Assembly (NCBI GenBank): GCA_007693955.1
Contig: RECR01000053.1
Coordinates: 7,580 to 39,579 of the forward strand
Length of the DNA stretch: 32,000 nucleotides
From: Gloeocapsa sp. DLM2.Bin57
GTDB lineage: Bacteria > Cyanobacteriota > Cyanobacteriia > Cyanobacteriales > Gloeocapsaceae
Direction of reading: 5' to 3'
The position numbers and the translations under genes are program-made. This document shows, one piece after another, positions 17,582 to 26,477 of this stretch (position 1 is the first letter of the stretch; each line of letters opens with the position of its first letter). The notes under the pieces were generated by a model, which had not been told where the DNA came from, ran no database searches, and was given only the letters and a program-made list of their open reading frames with translations.

Positions 17582-18805
17582 ATGAGAAGACCTATTGCTA
17601 TTGACTTATTTTCAGGTTGTGGTGGAATGTCCCTCGGTTTAGAAGCAGCTGGATTTAATATTGTAGCAGCTGTAGAAATTGACTTAATACACACTTTAGT
17701 GCATCATTTTAATTTTCCCTATAGTGTCAGTATTTGTAAAGATATTAGAGAATTAACCTCTAGAGAACTACTTAAGGCTATAGAAGCTAAAGGTTATGCT
17801 ACTGAAATAGACCTTATCGCTGGTGGTCCTCCTTGTCAAGGTTTTTCTTGTATAGGAAAAAGACAACTCGATGATCCTCGCAATTCATTGGTATTTGAAT
17901 ATTTTCGCATAATTAAAGAAATTAAACCCAAATATTTTTTATTTGAAAATGTGCCGGGAATTGCTTCTGGTAAACATCAAAAACTTCTCCAAGAATTAAT
18001 TCGAGAATTTGCTAAAATCGGTTATACAATTACAGAACCAATTGCTATTCTAGACGCTTGTTTTTATGGTGCTCCACAGAAGAGAAAAAGATTGATTATT
18101 TGTGGTTCTAGATTAGACGTAAAACAAGTAAAGTATCCTGAACAATCTCACTCCCATGAATTAAAACCTCTATCTACTTGCGGAGAAGCAATAGATGATT
18201 TAAGGATTCATCAAGCATATATAGGAGAAGATCTAGGAATTGATGCTAATGTTTTAGATTATTCTGGTTTTAGGAAAAGCTATTCTTTAAATCCTAGTGG
18301 TGAATTTTCTTTATGTCATACTAGACAAGTTTCTAACCGAGTTTATGGGCATTTAGGATCACATCATCTCGAGAAAACAATTCAAAGATTTAAGACAACA
18401 TTACCTGGAAATATTGAAAAAACAAGTAGATTTTTTAAACTAGCCTATGATGGACAATGCAATACCTTAAGAGCAGGAACTGGAAGTGACAAAGGAGCAT
18501 ATACAGCACCTCGTCCCATACATTATTCTGAGCCTAGATGTATAACGATTAGAGAAGCAGCTAGATTACATACTTTTCCAGATTGGTTTCGTTTTCATAA
18601 CACTATTTGGCATGGTTTTCGAGAAATTGGTAACGCTGTTATACCTTTTTTAGCTAAATCATTGGGAGAAGAAATAATTAAAGCAATGAATCTTCAGGCT
18701 AATAATTTTGAAACTAACACTTTAATTGCTCAAGAGGAAGATATCTTAAAATTCAATATGAAACAAGCTTTAAAATATGGGGATATTAATAAAAAAAACT
18801 GGTGA
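17582..18805 (+). CDS. DNA (cytosine-5)-methyltransferase, solitary
   Basis: 407 aa with the canonical m5C-MTase motifs in order: I DLFSGCGGMSLG, IV GGPPCQGFS, VI FENV, VIII QKRKR, IX RCITIREAARLHTFPD, X GNAV. No adjacent endonuclease or vsr gene is present. Confidence 0.9.
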   Translation: MRRPIAIDLFSGCGGMSLGLEAAGFNIVAAVEIDLIHTLVHHFNFPYSVSICKDIRELTSRELLKAIEAKGYATEIDLIAGGPPCQGFSCIGKRQLDDPRNSLVFEYFRIIKEIKPKYFLFENVPGIASGKHQKLLQELIREFAKIGYTITEPIAILDACFYGAPQKRKRLIICGSRLDVKQVKYPEQSHSHELKPLSTCGEAIDDLRIHQAYIGEDLGIDANVLDYSGFRKSYSLNPSGEFSLCHTRQVSNRVYGHLGSHHLEKTIQRFKTTLPGNIEKTSRFFKLAYDGQCNTLRAGTGSDKGAYTAPRPIHYSEPRCITIREAARLHTFPDWFRFHNTIWHGFREIGNAVIPFLAKSLGEEIIKAMNLQANNFETNTLIAQEEDILKFNMKQALKYGDINKKNW

Positions 18806-18819
18806 GTAACGCCCACCAG
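18799..18819 (-). terminator. terminator candidate for the symporter gene, embedded in the 3' end of the methyltransferase CDS
   Basis: A 6-bp stem CTGGTG/CACCAG (18799-18804 pairs with 18814-18819) encloses a 9-nt loop. On the minus strand it is followed by T8 (the complement of A8 at 18791-18798). Confidence 0.4.
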
Positions 18820-18839
18820 CTAGAGTTGTGCTTGAGATT

Positions 18840-20273
18840 TTAAACTCTGTCTATATAGAGATTAGATTCTACAGGAACTTCTGGTATTGACCAACTTTGA
18901 GGATCTAGATTAACATCGGCAAATTTTCTAGCGTCAAAGATTGGCTCTTTAATACCCTGTTTGATTTGTTGGTCAAAGTCTTTCATAACTCTCAAACCAA
19001 GATTGGCTAGTTTAAACAAAGCGACTATATTGACGATTGCTAATAACCCCATGGTTAAATCAGCGAATCCAAATACAGTACCCAAGTCTTGTACAGCACC
19101 CCAGATAATTAAAGCTAGAGTTAAGACACGAAAGATATTAAAAACTAGCTTATTTCCTTCAGTAAAGAAATTCAGACTGTTTTCACCTAGGTAATAGTTA
19201 TAGATAATCGAGGTAAAAGCAAATAGTACTAGGGCTATACTGATAAATCCTCTTCCCCAACCGCCAAGGTGTTCAGCCATGGCTGACTGAGTTAAGAGTA
19301 TTCCTCCTTGTTCTTCACTTCCTGGTTGATAGACGTTAGATAAGAGAATAACCGAAGCTGTACAAGTACAGAGAATGATTGTGTCAACAAATACGCTGAA
19401 TGATTGAATGATACCTTGATTAGCTGGATGTTTGACATAAGCTACCGCGGCTACATTAGGTGCACTTCCTAAACCTGCTTCATTGGAGAATAGACCTCTT
19501 TTGACACCGAAGATTAAAGCCACACCAATTCCACCCGCGATCGCTTGGTTTAAACCAAAAGCGCTGCTAATAATTAGAGATATTACTGATGGTAACCGTG
19601 TTATGTTAGTAATTAATACAAATAAAGCCATCAAGAAGTAACCACCAGCCATCGCAGGTACGATAAATTCAGCTAGTTGTGCAATTCTTTTTACTCCACC
19701 AAAAATCACCAATCCCAAAACGATCATTAAAACCAATCCAGTGATACTGGTAGGAATACCAAAGGTATCATTAACAGAGGTTGCTACTGTATAGGATTGA
19801 ACAGCGTTAAAACCAAAACCAAAGGTTACTAGTAATAAAAAGGAAAATATAGATCCCATCCAACGTTGACCTAAAGCTTTTTCCATATAATAAGCAGGTC
19901 CACCGCGATAAGTTCCATCGGGTTGAGTTTGTTTAAAGACTTGTGCTATAGCACATTCAAAAAAGCTAGTAGCCATACCAATTAAAGCAATCAACCACAT
20001 CCAGAAGATTGCTCCAGGACCTCCGATACTGATCGCTACGGCTACTCCCGCTATATTACCTGCTCCTACACGACCTGCTACACTTAGGGCTAGGGCTTGA
20101 AATGAGCTTACTTGTCCTTCTTCGGTCTCAAAGGAATTCCCCAACATGCCAAACATGTGGAAAAAGTAACGAAATTGTACAAACTTGGAACGGATGGTAA
20201 ATAGTAACCCAATGGCGACTAGTGCTACTATGAGTATTTTTCCCCAGAGTAATTCATTTAGAAAATCTAGCAT
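18840..20273 (-). CDS. alanine/glycine:cation symporter (AGCS family)
   Basis: About 477 aa and polytopic. SSFQALALSVAGRVGAGNIAGVAVAISIGGPGAIFWMW is the AGCS signature region. The track start at 20276 is a TTG, and an ATG follows at 20273. Confidence 0.9.
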   Translation of the reverse strand: MLDFLNELLWGKILIVALVAIGLLFTIRSKFVQFRYFFHMFGMLGNSFETEEGQVSSFQALALSVAGRVGAGNIAGVAVAISIGGPGAIFWMWLIALIGMATSFFECAIAQVFKQTQPDGTYRGGPAYYMEKALGQRWMGSIFSFLLLVTFGFGFNAVQSYTVATSVNDTFGIPTSITGLVLMIVLGLVIFGGVKRIAQLAEFIVPAMAGGYFLMALFVLITNITRLPSVISLIISSAFGLNQAIAGGIGVALIFGVKRGLFSNEAGLGSAPNVAAVAYVKHPANQGIIQSFSVFVDTIILCTCTASVILLSNVYQPGSEEQGGILLTQSAMAEHLGGWGRGFISIALVLFAFTSIIYNYYLGENSLNFFTEGNKLVFNIFRVLTLALIIWGAVQDLGTVFGFADLTMGLLAIVNIVALFKLANLGLRVMKDFDQQIKQGIKEPIFDARKFADVNLDPQSWSIPEVPVESNLYIDRV

Positions 20274-20464
20274 CAATAATTAAGCCTTTTTTGTTAAATC
20301 AAAGTAAATCTTAATTGATCAGGATAAATGATTTTGTTACTCTTAATACAACTCTAAGTTGTTGTATCTGCTCTCCCGTACTTGTGGTAATAAGTAAAAA
20401 AAGAGTGTTTATAGGCAAGCTAACTTCCTAGCAATAAATGCCTAAAAAACATTATTAGACAACT

Positions 20465-21301
20465 TTACTTTACTAGTAAAACCGATTTAACGGTACGAAT
20501 AACTCTTTCTTGTTGATCAGAAATTTGACCATAATAAGTCTGATTATCCCAATATAAACTAGTAGAACTCCCACCATCTAAATTAAGAACTTTTTTAAGA
20601 CCCAAACCCCGACAAAAATCAGCTAGTTCTGTTAAAGATAAACCCTGTTTAGGTTGTTTTTGGGTAACAATAATCCAGAGTAAATCCCCCCTAGTAGTAA
20701 GAGCGATCGCTGTACGAGAATTAGGTTGATTAATACCGAGAACATCTCTAACCAATTGCCCATCCTGATCAGCGACAAAACCTTCACTGATAGCGGTTAA
20801 TTCTGGTAATAACTGAGGACCTCCCCCTAAAGCATCAACTAGAGTACAATCAGGGGGAATTGGTTCATTACGGGTAACGATATCGTAACGATTGTTATGA
20901 TCACATTGGTAACGTCGAAACTCGCTACGATTGAGGATTAAAGGAAGATAGGGTGTTAAATCCGGGTTATTAATTAGTCTGGGGTTATCCCGAGGATCAG
21001 CGATAGTTTGACCATTTTGGATTAGATAAGAGGTAGAGAGTTGATTCTGAGGATCAAAATAACCACCATTGAGAACAGCGATCGCCCCTGATTGGGTAGC
21101 AAATTCACCAACTGTAGCTAATTGGGGACTTTTAGCAACCGTTACTACCCCTGAGAAGGTATGAGGAATTAGCAAGGTATAAATAACAGCTTGGGGTAAA
21201 TCGTAGGTTTGATACTGTAATTGGGGTGAAGCAGTAGCAAGAGTGCTAACTAATGCGAGGCAAAAGGCAAGAGGCAAAAGGCAAGAGTAGGAAAAATTCA
21301 T
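20465..21301 (-). CDS. secreted phosphodiester glycosidase family protein (DUF2233)
   Basis: 278 aa with a signal peptide. AVLNGGYF...GGPQLL...LNLDGGSSTSLY is characteristic of the phosphodiester glycosidase/NAGPA-like domain. Confidence 0.7.
   Translation of the reverse strand: MNFSYSCLLPLAFCLALVSTLATASPQLQYQTYDLPQAVIYTLLIPHTFSGVVTVAKSPQLATVGEFATQSGAIAVLNGGYFDPQNQLSTSYLIQNGQTIADPRDNPRLINNPDLTPYLPLILNRSEFRRYQCDHNNRYDIVTRNEPIPPDCTLVDALGGGPQLLPELTAISEGFVADQDGQLVRDVLGINQPNSRTAIALTTRGDLLWIIVTQKQPKQGLSLTELADFCRGLGLKKVLNLDGGSSTSLYWDNQTYYGQISDQQERVIRTVKSVLLVK
21257..21287. repeat. perfect tandem 14-mer (GAGGCAAAAGGCAA x2 + GAG), equivalent to four RAGGCAA heptamers, inside the signal-peptide coding region
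   Basis: Read directly: gaggcaaaaggcaa gaggcaaaaggcaa gag. On the coding strand this is (Y)TTGCCT x4, encoding SCLLPLAFCL. Confidence 0.85.
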
Positions 21302-21333
21302 TGTTTTTGTCTCTTAATTGTCAAACACCATGA

Positions 21334-22467
21334 TTAACTAGAAAAGCGAAACAGTAGGAATTGAGTAACTTGTTCTGGTCTAAAATTATCATCACTAACT
21401 AAAATCAGACTTTGACTACCATCGGGTAAACGTGGACCTAGGGTCATTCCTTCAAGGTTATCTAATTCAATTCCTAACTCATCTAAATCTAGTAGTAGTT
21501 TCTTATGTATTGGTTGAATACCGCGGAGATCTCCTGCTAAACTAGTGACACCTGCGGTATCAGTAGCGTTAGCAATAACTATCTCAAAGATTTTTGCACC
21601 AAATCCAGAAAGACTAAAAGTACGTTCTAAAGCTAAAAAATGACCTTCTGTGTTTAAGGCGAATAATTCGGTTAAACCATTACTCATCGTATCAATATAG
21701 GGATCTGGTTCGAGTAGATAGAGATGTTCTCCCACTAAAATAGGATCACCGATAGTATTCATCACATAGTGCATCATGCGGATAGGGGCTGATTGTTGTT
21801 GATCACTAGTATCTTGAATCAGAGAGGATTCTACCGCGGTAAATAAACGAAAAGGGTCACCAGGTGCTAGACTTTTAGGACTCAGGGTAAGAGATTCAAA
21901 ACCGAGGTTTTCCCTGACTCCTTGATCGGGAGGGTTAAAGTAGCGTTGGGGAATTTTCAGACTATTTTTTAATGTTCCTTGGGTAAGATCGTATTCTTGA
22001 ATAAAGGGTGCAATGTTGTTGCTAGGTACACCTTCACTACTGATAAAGACGCTTTGACGGGGTGAGAGAGCAATTCCTTCAGGATCAATCGTTCCGGTGG
22101 GGTAGGTTTGTCCTTGTTCATTGAGCAAGACAGTCATTCCCTCTACACTTACTTTAGCAATAGTTGAACTATCGCTAAAGTCTAGGTTGAGGGTGTAAAA
22201 ACGAGCTGGTGCTAATTGCGAGCGATCATCAGAAATAGCTAGCAGTTTTCCATTGCTACTATCATAACTTAAACCTGATAAACCACCAACAGGAGTGTTT
22301 TGAAATTCTTGTTTAGGTAGTTGATATTCTCCGAGAAATTCTAAAGAAATGCCTAAAAATAGTCTGTCTTCGGCGCTAACTTGTGGCGAAATGGTACAAC
22401 CAGAGACTATAATAGCAATTATTACAATAAGAATTACTTTAATGTTATTAAAACTTTTAGTGATCAT
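21334..22467 (-). CDS. lipoprotein, esterase-like activity of phytase family (PF13449-like)
   Basis: 377 aa. There is a lipobox (IVSGC) after a hydrophobic leader. GLSGLSYD..., DPEGIAL and LEGMTLGP...LILVSDDNF are typical of the phytase-like esterase beta-propeller family. Confidence 0.7.
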   Translation of the reverse strand: MITKSFNNIKVILIVIIAIIVSGCTISPQVSAEDRLFLGISLEFLGEYQLPKQEFQNTPVGGLSGLSYDSSNGKLLAISDDRSQLAPARFYTLNLDFSDSSTIAKVSVEGMTVLLNEQGQTYPTGTIDPEGIALSPRQSVFISSEGVPSNNIAPFIQEYDLTQGTLKNSLKIPQRYFNPPDQGVRENLGFESLTLSPKSLAPGDPFRLFTAVESSLIQDTSDQQQSAPIRMMHYVMNTIGDPILVGEHLYLLEPDPYIDTMSNGLTELFALNTEGHFLALERTFSLSGFGAKIFEIVIANATDTAGVTSLAGDLRGIQPIHKKLLLDLDELGIELDNLEGMTLGPRLPDGSQSLILVSDDNFRPEQVTQFLLFRFSS

Positions 22468-23572
22468 CTTGGTTTATTTTGGTGCTATAACTAATCCAGG
22501 GATGGCTTCTCCTTTAGAGAGTACCACACCTGATCCCCTCTTACCTAGTATCGATCGTCCTTTAACTTCTTTTGAGCGTTATCGTCTTCAAAAAGCGATC
22601 GCCGCTTTAGATGCTCAAGCTCAAGCTAAACTAGCAATAGGGTTGGTTGATGAAGCTTTTGCTCTTTGGTATGAGGAGTTAAGGTTACAACGAGCTTTAG
22701 GATTAGCAGAGGAGTTAACTGCTTTAGGAAGAGTAGGAGCGATCGCCTGGTCAGAAAATCGTCCAGAAGATGCGAGTATAATCAGCGATCGCTTAGAAAC
22801 TATTGAGCAGGAATTACCTCCTGATTCTCCCTTCTGGCTAGATTTAGGAAAAGCTTATCAACAGTTGCGCAAATGGGCAGAAGCGATTAACATCTATGAG
22901 CAATTATTAACCCAATCAGAAGATCAAAAAGAAATTTTAGACAATTTAGGAGAATTATATCTAGCTAGATTCGACTATAACAATGCAGCTAGAGTCTATA
23001 CAGAATTATTAGAAATAGCTCGTTTACAGTCTGATACCTTCGCTGAGAGTAATTATCTCCAAAAATTAGCCGAAATTTATAGCGAAATATCTAATCCAGA
23101 AAATGCCGTCATAATTAAAGAGCAATTGGTAACAACTTATACAGACAATCAACAACTTACCGATTTAGCCTTACTGAGACTGTCTCTGGGTTTAGATTAT
23201 CAAGCTCTTAATGAAATTACCCTAGCTAGTCAAAACTATCAAGAAGCCTTTACCATAGCATGGTCACAACAACAATATGGTCTAGCGGCTGAAGCGAAAG
23301 CACATCAAGCTAACCTTTATCACAGTTCAGGAGAATTAGAGCAAGCTTTACAAATATATCAGGAATTAGTGGAAATTTACCAACAGTCTTACAATTTATA
23401 CGGTTTGATGACTACTTATGACCAAATTGCTAAAATATATACAGCACAAAATAAGTATAATGAAGCTCTGATAGCTTTAGAAAGAGGTTTAGAAGTAGCC
23501 CAATCTCTCAACTATGAACAAGCTTATTTTGAGTCTCAAATTGCCCAAATACGCGCTAAATTAACAGAATGA
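22442..23572 (+). CDS. TPR-repeat protein with N-terminal hydrophobic leader
   Basis: It has multiple 34-aa TPR-like units (e.g. AEAINIYEQLL, YNNAARVYTELLEIA, LEQALQIYQELVEIY, YNEALIALERGLEVA). The start is uncertain. The track ATG at 22349 runs antisense through the neighbouring gene. I prefer ATG 22442 (MLLKLLVIILV...), and ATG 22502 is also possible. Confidence 0.6.
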   Translation: MLLKLLVIILVYFGAITNPGMASPLESTTPDPLLPSIDRPLTSFERYRLQKAIAALDAQAQAKLAIGLVDEAFALWYEELRLQRALGLAEELTALGRVGAIAWSENRPEDASIISDRLETIEQELPPDSPFWLDLGKAYQQLRKWAEAINIYEQLLTQSEDQKEILDNLGELYLARFDYNNAARVYTELLEIARLQSDTFAESNYLQKLAEIYSEISNPENAVIIKEQLVTTYTDNQQLTDLALLRLSLGLDYQALNEITLASQNYQEAFTIAWSQQQYGLAAEAKAHQANLYHSSGELEQALQIYQELVEIYQQSYNLYGLMTTYDQIAKIYTAQNKYNEALIALERGLEVAQSLNYEQAYFESQIAQIRAKLTE

Positions 23573-24447
23573 CTAGTAAATCAATCGCTTTTCTCGGATT
23601 AGGGGTAATGGGAGGTCCAATGACCGCTAATCTTGTCCGTGGAGGTTTTCAGGTTAAAGCTTGGAATCGAACGAGCGATCGCCCTGGAGTAAAAATAGCC
23701 GCTGACGCGGGGGCTAGTGTAGTTAAAACTATTACAAAAGCTGTTCAAGATGCCGAGATAATCTTCTCTTGTTTAGGAGATGTTCCCGACGTAGAAGATG
23801 TCTTATGTGGAGAGTCAGGAGTGATTAAACACGCTCAACCCTCTAGTCTGGTGGTAGATATGAGTACCATTGGCGCAACTGCGGCGATCGCCATTGGGAC
23901 AAAACTAGCCGAAGCAGGTTTACGTTTTCTCGATGCTCCTGTTTCTGGGGGTGATATTGGCGCGCAACGTGGTACTCTAACTATTATGGTTGGAGGAGAG
24001 TTAGCAGACTTCAACGCTTGTCAACCTTGTTTTCAGGTGATGGGCAAAAATATTTATCACTGTGGACCTTTAGGAAGTGGACAAGGAGTTAAACTCTGTA
24101 ATCAGGTTCTCGTTTCTCTACATATGGTAGCTCTTTGTGAAGCGATTAATCTAGCTCAATTGCAAAACATTGACCCTAATTTAATGATTCAAGTTTGTAG
24201 TACAGGTGCTGCGGGTTCTTGGGCTTTAAGTAATCTAGGTCCTAAAATTACTTCATCTGATTTGAATCCCGGTTTTATGATTAAACATATACTCAAAGAT
24301 TTACGTCTAGTTAAAGAACAAGCACAACCTGAACATTTACCAGGTGTTGATCTAGCGGATTATTTGTTTAAATTAGTGGGACAATTAGATGAGGGTAAGG
24401 GTACTGAATTAGGAACTCAAGCAATGATTCGCGCTTATCTATCTTAA
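23569..24447 (+). CDS. NAD(P)-dependent beta-hydroxyacid dehydrogenase (3-hydroxyisobutyrate / tartronate semialdehyde reductase family)
   Basis: 292 aa. It has the N-terminal Rossmann motif [17 protein letters not shown] plus DAPVSGG and the catalytic-Lys region [11 protein letters not shown]. Its ATG overlaps the TPR gene stop (ATGA). Confidence 0.85.
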   Translation: MTSKSIAFLGLGVMGGPMTANLVRGGFQVKAWNRTSDRPGVKIAADAGASVVKTITKAVQDAEIIFSCLGDVPDVEDVLCGESGVIKHAQPSSLVVDMSTIGATAAIAIGTKLAEAGLRFLDAPVSGGDIGAQRGTLTIMVGGELADFNACQPCFQVMGKNIYHCGPLGSGQGVKLCNQVLVSLHMVALCEAINLAQLQNIDPNLMIQVCSTGAAGSWALSNLGPKITSSDLNPGFMIKHILKDLRLVKEQAQPEHLPGVDLADYLFKLVGQLDEGKGTELGTQAMIRAYLS

Positions 24448-25575
24448 ATGTTTTTGCAGCAATTACAGTTATTTTGCTTTCGCAATTATCTAGAACAAAA
24501 GGTCAATTTTGACGCTAATAAAACTATCCTATTAGGTGATAACGCTCAAGGTAAAACTAATCTCCTCGAAGCAGTGGAATTAATGGCTACTCTCAAAACT
24601 CAACGCGCTAAAAAAGACCAAGATTTAATCCTTGAAGGAAAAGAAGAAAGTCGCATTCTTGCTAGTTTAGAACGTTCCTATGGTTCAACAGAAGTCGCTA
24701 TGACTTTACGTAGTTCCGGGAAACGTTCCATTAGTCTTAATCAGGAAAATCTCCGACGTCATCTAGATCTTTTAGGTGTGGTTAATACCGTACAATTTTC
24801 TAGTCTGGATTTAGAATTAGTCAGAGGTGCTCCTGAAGTTCGTCGTAATTGGTTAGACGCTCTGTTGGTGCAGTTAGAACCAGTTTACGCCTATATTATT
24901 CAACAATATCACAAAATTTTACGCCAACGCAACGCCCTACTTAAACAACTGTATAAACAAAATTCCCCACCAGTAGCTGATCATCTCACTGAATTAGGGA
25001 TCTGGGATGCTCAATTAGCAGCGTTTGGATCTAGAGTAATCAGACGTAGGGCTAGAGTGTTAACTAGGTTAACTCCCTTAGCTCAAAATTGGCATCAACA
25101 AATCAGCGGAAACACTGAATTATTAGAGATTAACTATAGTCCTAATGTCTGTTATAGTCTTGATGAACCCCAACAGGTACAACAAGCTTTTTTAGTAGCA
25201 ATCAGCGATCGTAGCGTTATTGAACAACAACTCGCAACAACCGTAGTTGGACCTCATCGCGATGATATAGAGTTATTAATCAATCAAACTCCTGCTAAAT
25301 CTTACGGCTCACAGGGACAACAACGAACTTTAGTACTATCATTAAAATTAGCAGAATTAGACTTAATTGAGCAAATTATTGGCGAGTCTCCTATTTTATT
25401 ACTTGATGATGTCCTCGCGGAATTGGATTTACACCGACAAAATCAATTACTAGAAGCGATTTCTTCTCGTTGTCAAACTCTGATTACTACTACTCACCTT
25501 AATTCTTTTGAACAAGACTGGTTAAAAGCTGCTCAAATCCTTTCAGTTAAAGCGGGTAGTATTCATATGGAATAG
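24448..25575 (+). CDS. recF: DNA replication and repair protein RecF
   Basis: 375 aa. It has a Walker A motif (GDNAQGKTNLLEA), an SMC-like signature (SQGQQRTLVLSLKLAE) and a Walker B motif (ILLLDDVLAELD). It starts on the nucleotide after the preceding TAA. Confidence 0.9.
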   Translation: MFLQQLQLFCFRNYLEQKVNFDANKTILLGDNAQGKTNLLEAVELMATLKTQRAKKDQDLILEGKEESRILASLERSYGSTEVAMTLRSSGKRSISLNQENLRRHLDLLGVVNTVQFSSLDLELVRGAPEVRRNWLDALLVQLEPVYAYIIQQYHKILRQRNALLKQLYKQNSPPVADHLTELGIWDAQLAAFGSRVIRRRARVLTRLTPLAQNWHQQISGNTELLEINYSPNVCYSLDEPQQVQQAFLVAISDRSVIEQQLATTVVGPHRDDIELLINQTPAKSYGSQGQQRTLVLSLKLAELDLIEQIIGESPILLLDDVLAELDLHRQNQLLEAISSRCQTLITTTHLNSFEQDWLKAAQILSVKAGSIHME

Positions 25576-25587
25576 GGAGAAATGCGC

Positions 25588-25640
25588 GAATTAAGAATTA
25601 AGAATGAGGCAAGAGATGCACTTATGGGGTATATTATATA
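25588..25640. repeat. intergenic module: GAATTAA GAATTAA GAATGAG GCAAGAG heptamers + GGTATATTATATAGG
   Basis: Read directly between the convergent recF and CPBP-protease stops. It shares AGGCAAGAG with the repeat at 21257-21287, and shares its architecture with 7034-7100 and 15437-15500. Confidence 0.45.
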
Positions 25641-25653
25641 GGAATAACAACAC

Positions 25654-26472
25654 CTAAAACCTAATAACTAAGCAAGCTAAAACAGCTAATCCACACCACC
25701 CCATTAACCCCGCTAAGGGGTTACCATCAATACCTGTAACCCAATCGGGAACAACTTCAGTATAACTAATTAATTTACCTACATTGAGAAGATAATAACT
25801 AGAGACTAAACCACCATGTATCCCGATCGCCATTCCGAGACGTTGTTGTTGCAATCTCTTAGTTTGGACTAAAATTAAACCTAGGGCTATTAGTGCGGGT
25901 AATTGTGGTAAAGTTCTGATAATCTCCCCAAGGGGTTTGAGAAAATGTAACAACCCAAAGATTAGCCCATTTAACCACATCGCCTTAATTGGGGTATAGT
26001 CTCTCTCCAACTCGTCTAGTAACCAACCCCTAAATAATAATTCTTCGGCAAAACCAATAGCAATACCAATTAAGATACCTTCTAGAGTGATTATGGCTAA
26101 ATTATCCTTACCAGGTTGCCAATTTAGCCACCCTAAGACTCCCTGAATAACAAAGATACCTAAACAAACCACAAAACCGAGAGTAAATCCTTGACAAAAG
26201 TTTTGCGCGTTTTGACGAGTATTAACTAGTCCATAACGTTTTAATAGGTTAGGATGATTATAAACTCGTTTTCCCCACTGTTGGATCAACCCCAAAAATA
26301 TTAGGTATAGTAATCCCATAGTTAGGATACTAACTAGATTGGGATCTTTACCTAATAACCAGTATAGGGGAGCAGCTAAGGGTAACCACAGCACCAACAA
26401 AGTTACTAGGAATAGGGTTAACCTAGCTGGTGCTGGGTAAAAAGCTATTTTTTTGATATATGCAGGTTTCAA
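25654..26472 (-). CDS. CPBP-family (CAAX) intramembrane metalloprotease
   Basis: 272 aa and polytopic. It has motif 1 EELLFRGWL and motif 2 FGLLH. It uses a TTG start 6 nt downstream of the clpS stop, with no in-frame ATG available upstream. Confidence 0.8.
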   Translation of the reverse strand: MKPAYIKKIAFYPAPARLTLFLVTLLVLWLPLAAPLYWLLGKDPNLVSILTMGLLYLIFLGLIQQWGKRVYNHPNLLKRYGLVNTRQNAQNFCQGFTLGFVVCLGIFVIQGVLGWLNWQPGKDNLAIITLEGILIGIAIGFAEELLFRGWLLDELERDYTPIKAMWLNGLIFGLLHFLKPLGEIIRTLPQLPALIALGLILVQTKRLQQQRLGMAIGIHGGLVSSYYLLNVGKLISYTEVVPDWVTGIDGNPLAGLMGWCGLAVLACLVIRF

Positions 26473-26477
26473 GTTAA

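Noticed and set aside
17352-17585. 77-aa plus-strand ORF antisense to rdgB
   Set aside because: It sits inside rdgB, which carries clear Ham1 motifs. It would also collide with the methyltransferase start.
18961-19194. 77-aa plus-strand ORF antisense to the symporter gene
   Set aside because: It is a shadow ORF within a polytopic transporter gene.
17582-20276. A complete restriction-modification system around the C5 methyltransferase
   Set aside because: The flanking ORFs are clearly rdgB and an AGCS transporter. There is no unassigned ORF large enough for an endonuclease, and no vsr or C-protein gene.
20277-20464. Glycine riboswitch in the leader of the alanine/glycine:cation symporter
   Set aside because: AGCS genes often carry one, and the minus strand has CGGGAGAGCAG, which resembles the start of an aptamer. 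However, the conserved ACCGAAGGGGCAA-type cores are absent. Only a simple 7-bp hairpin (20346-20367) is present.
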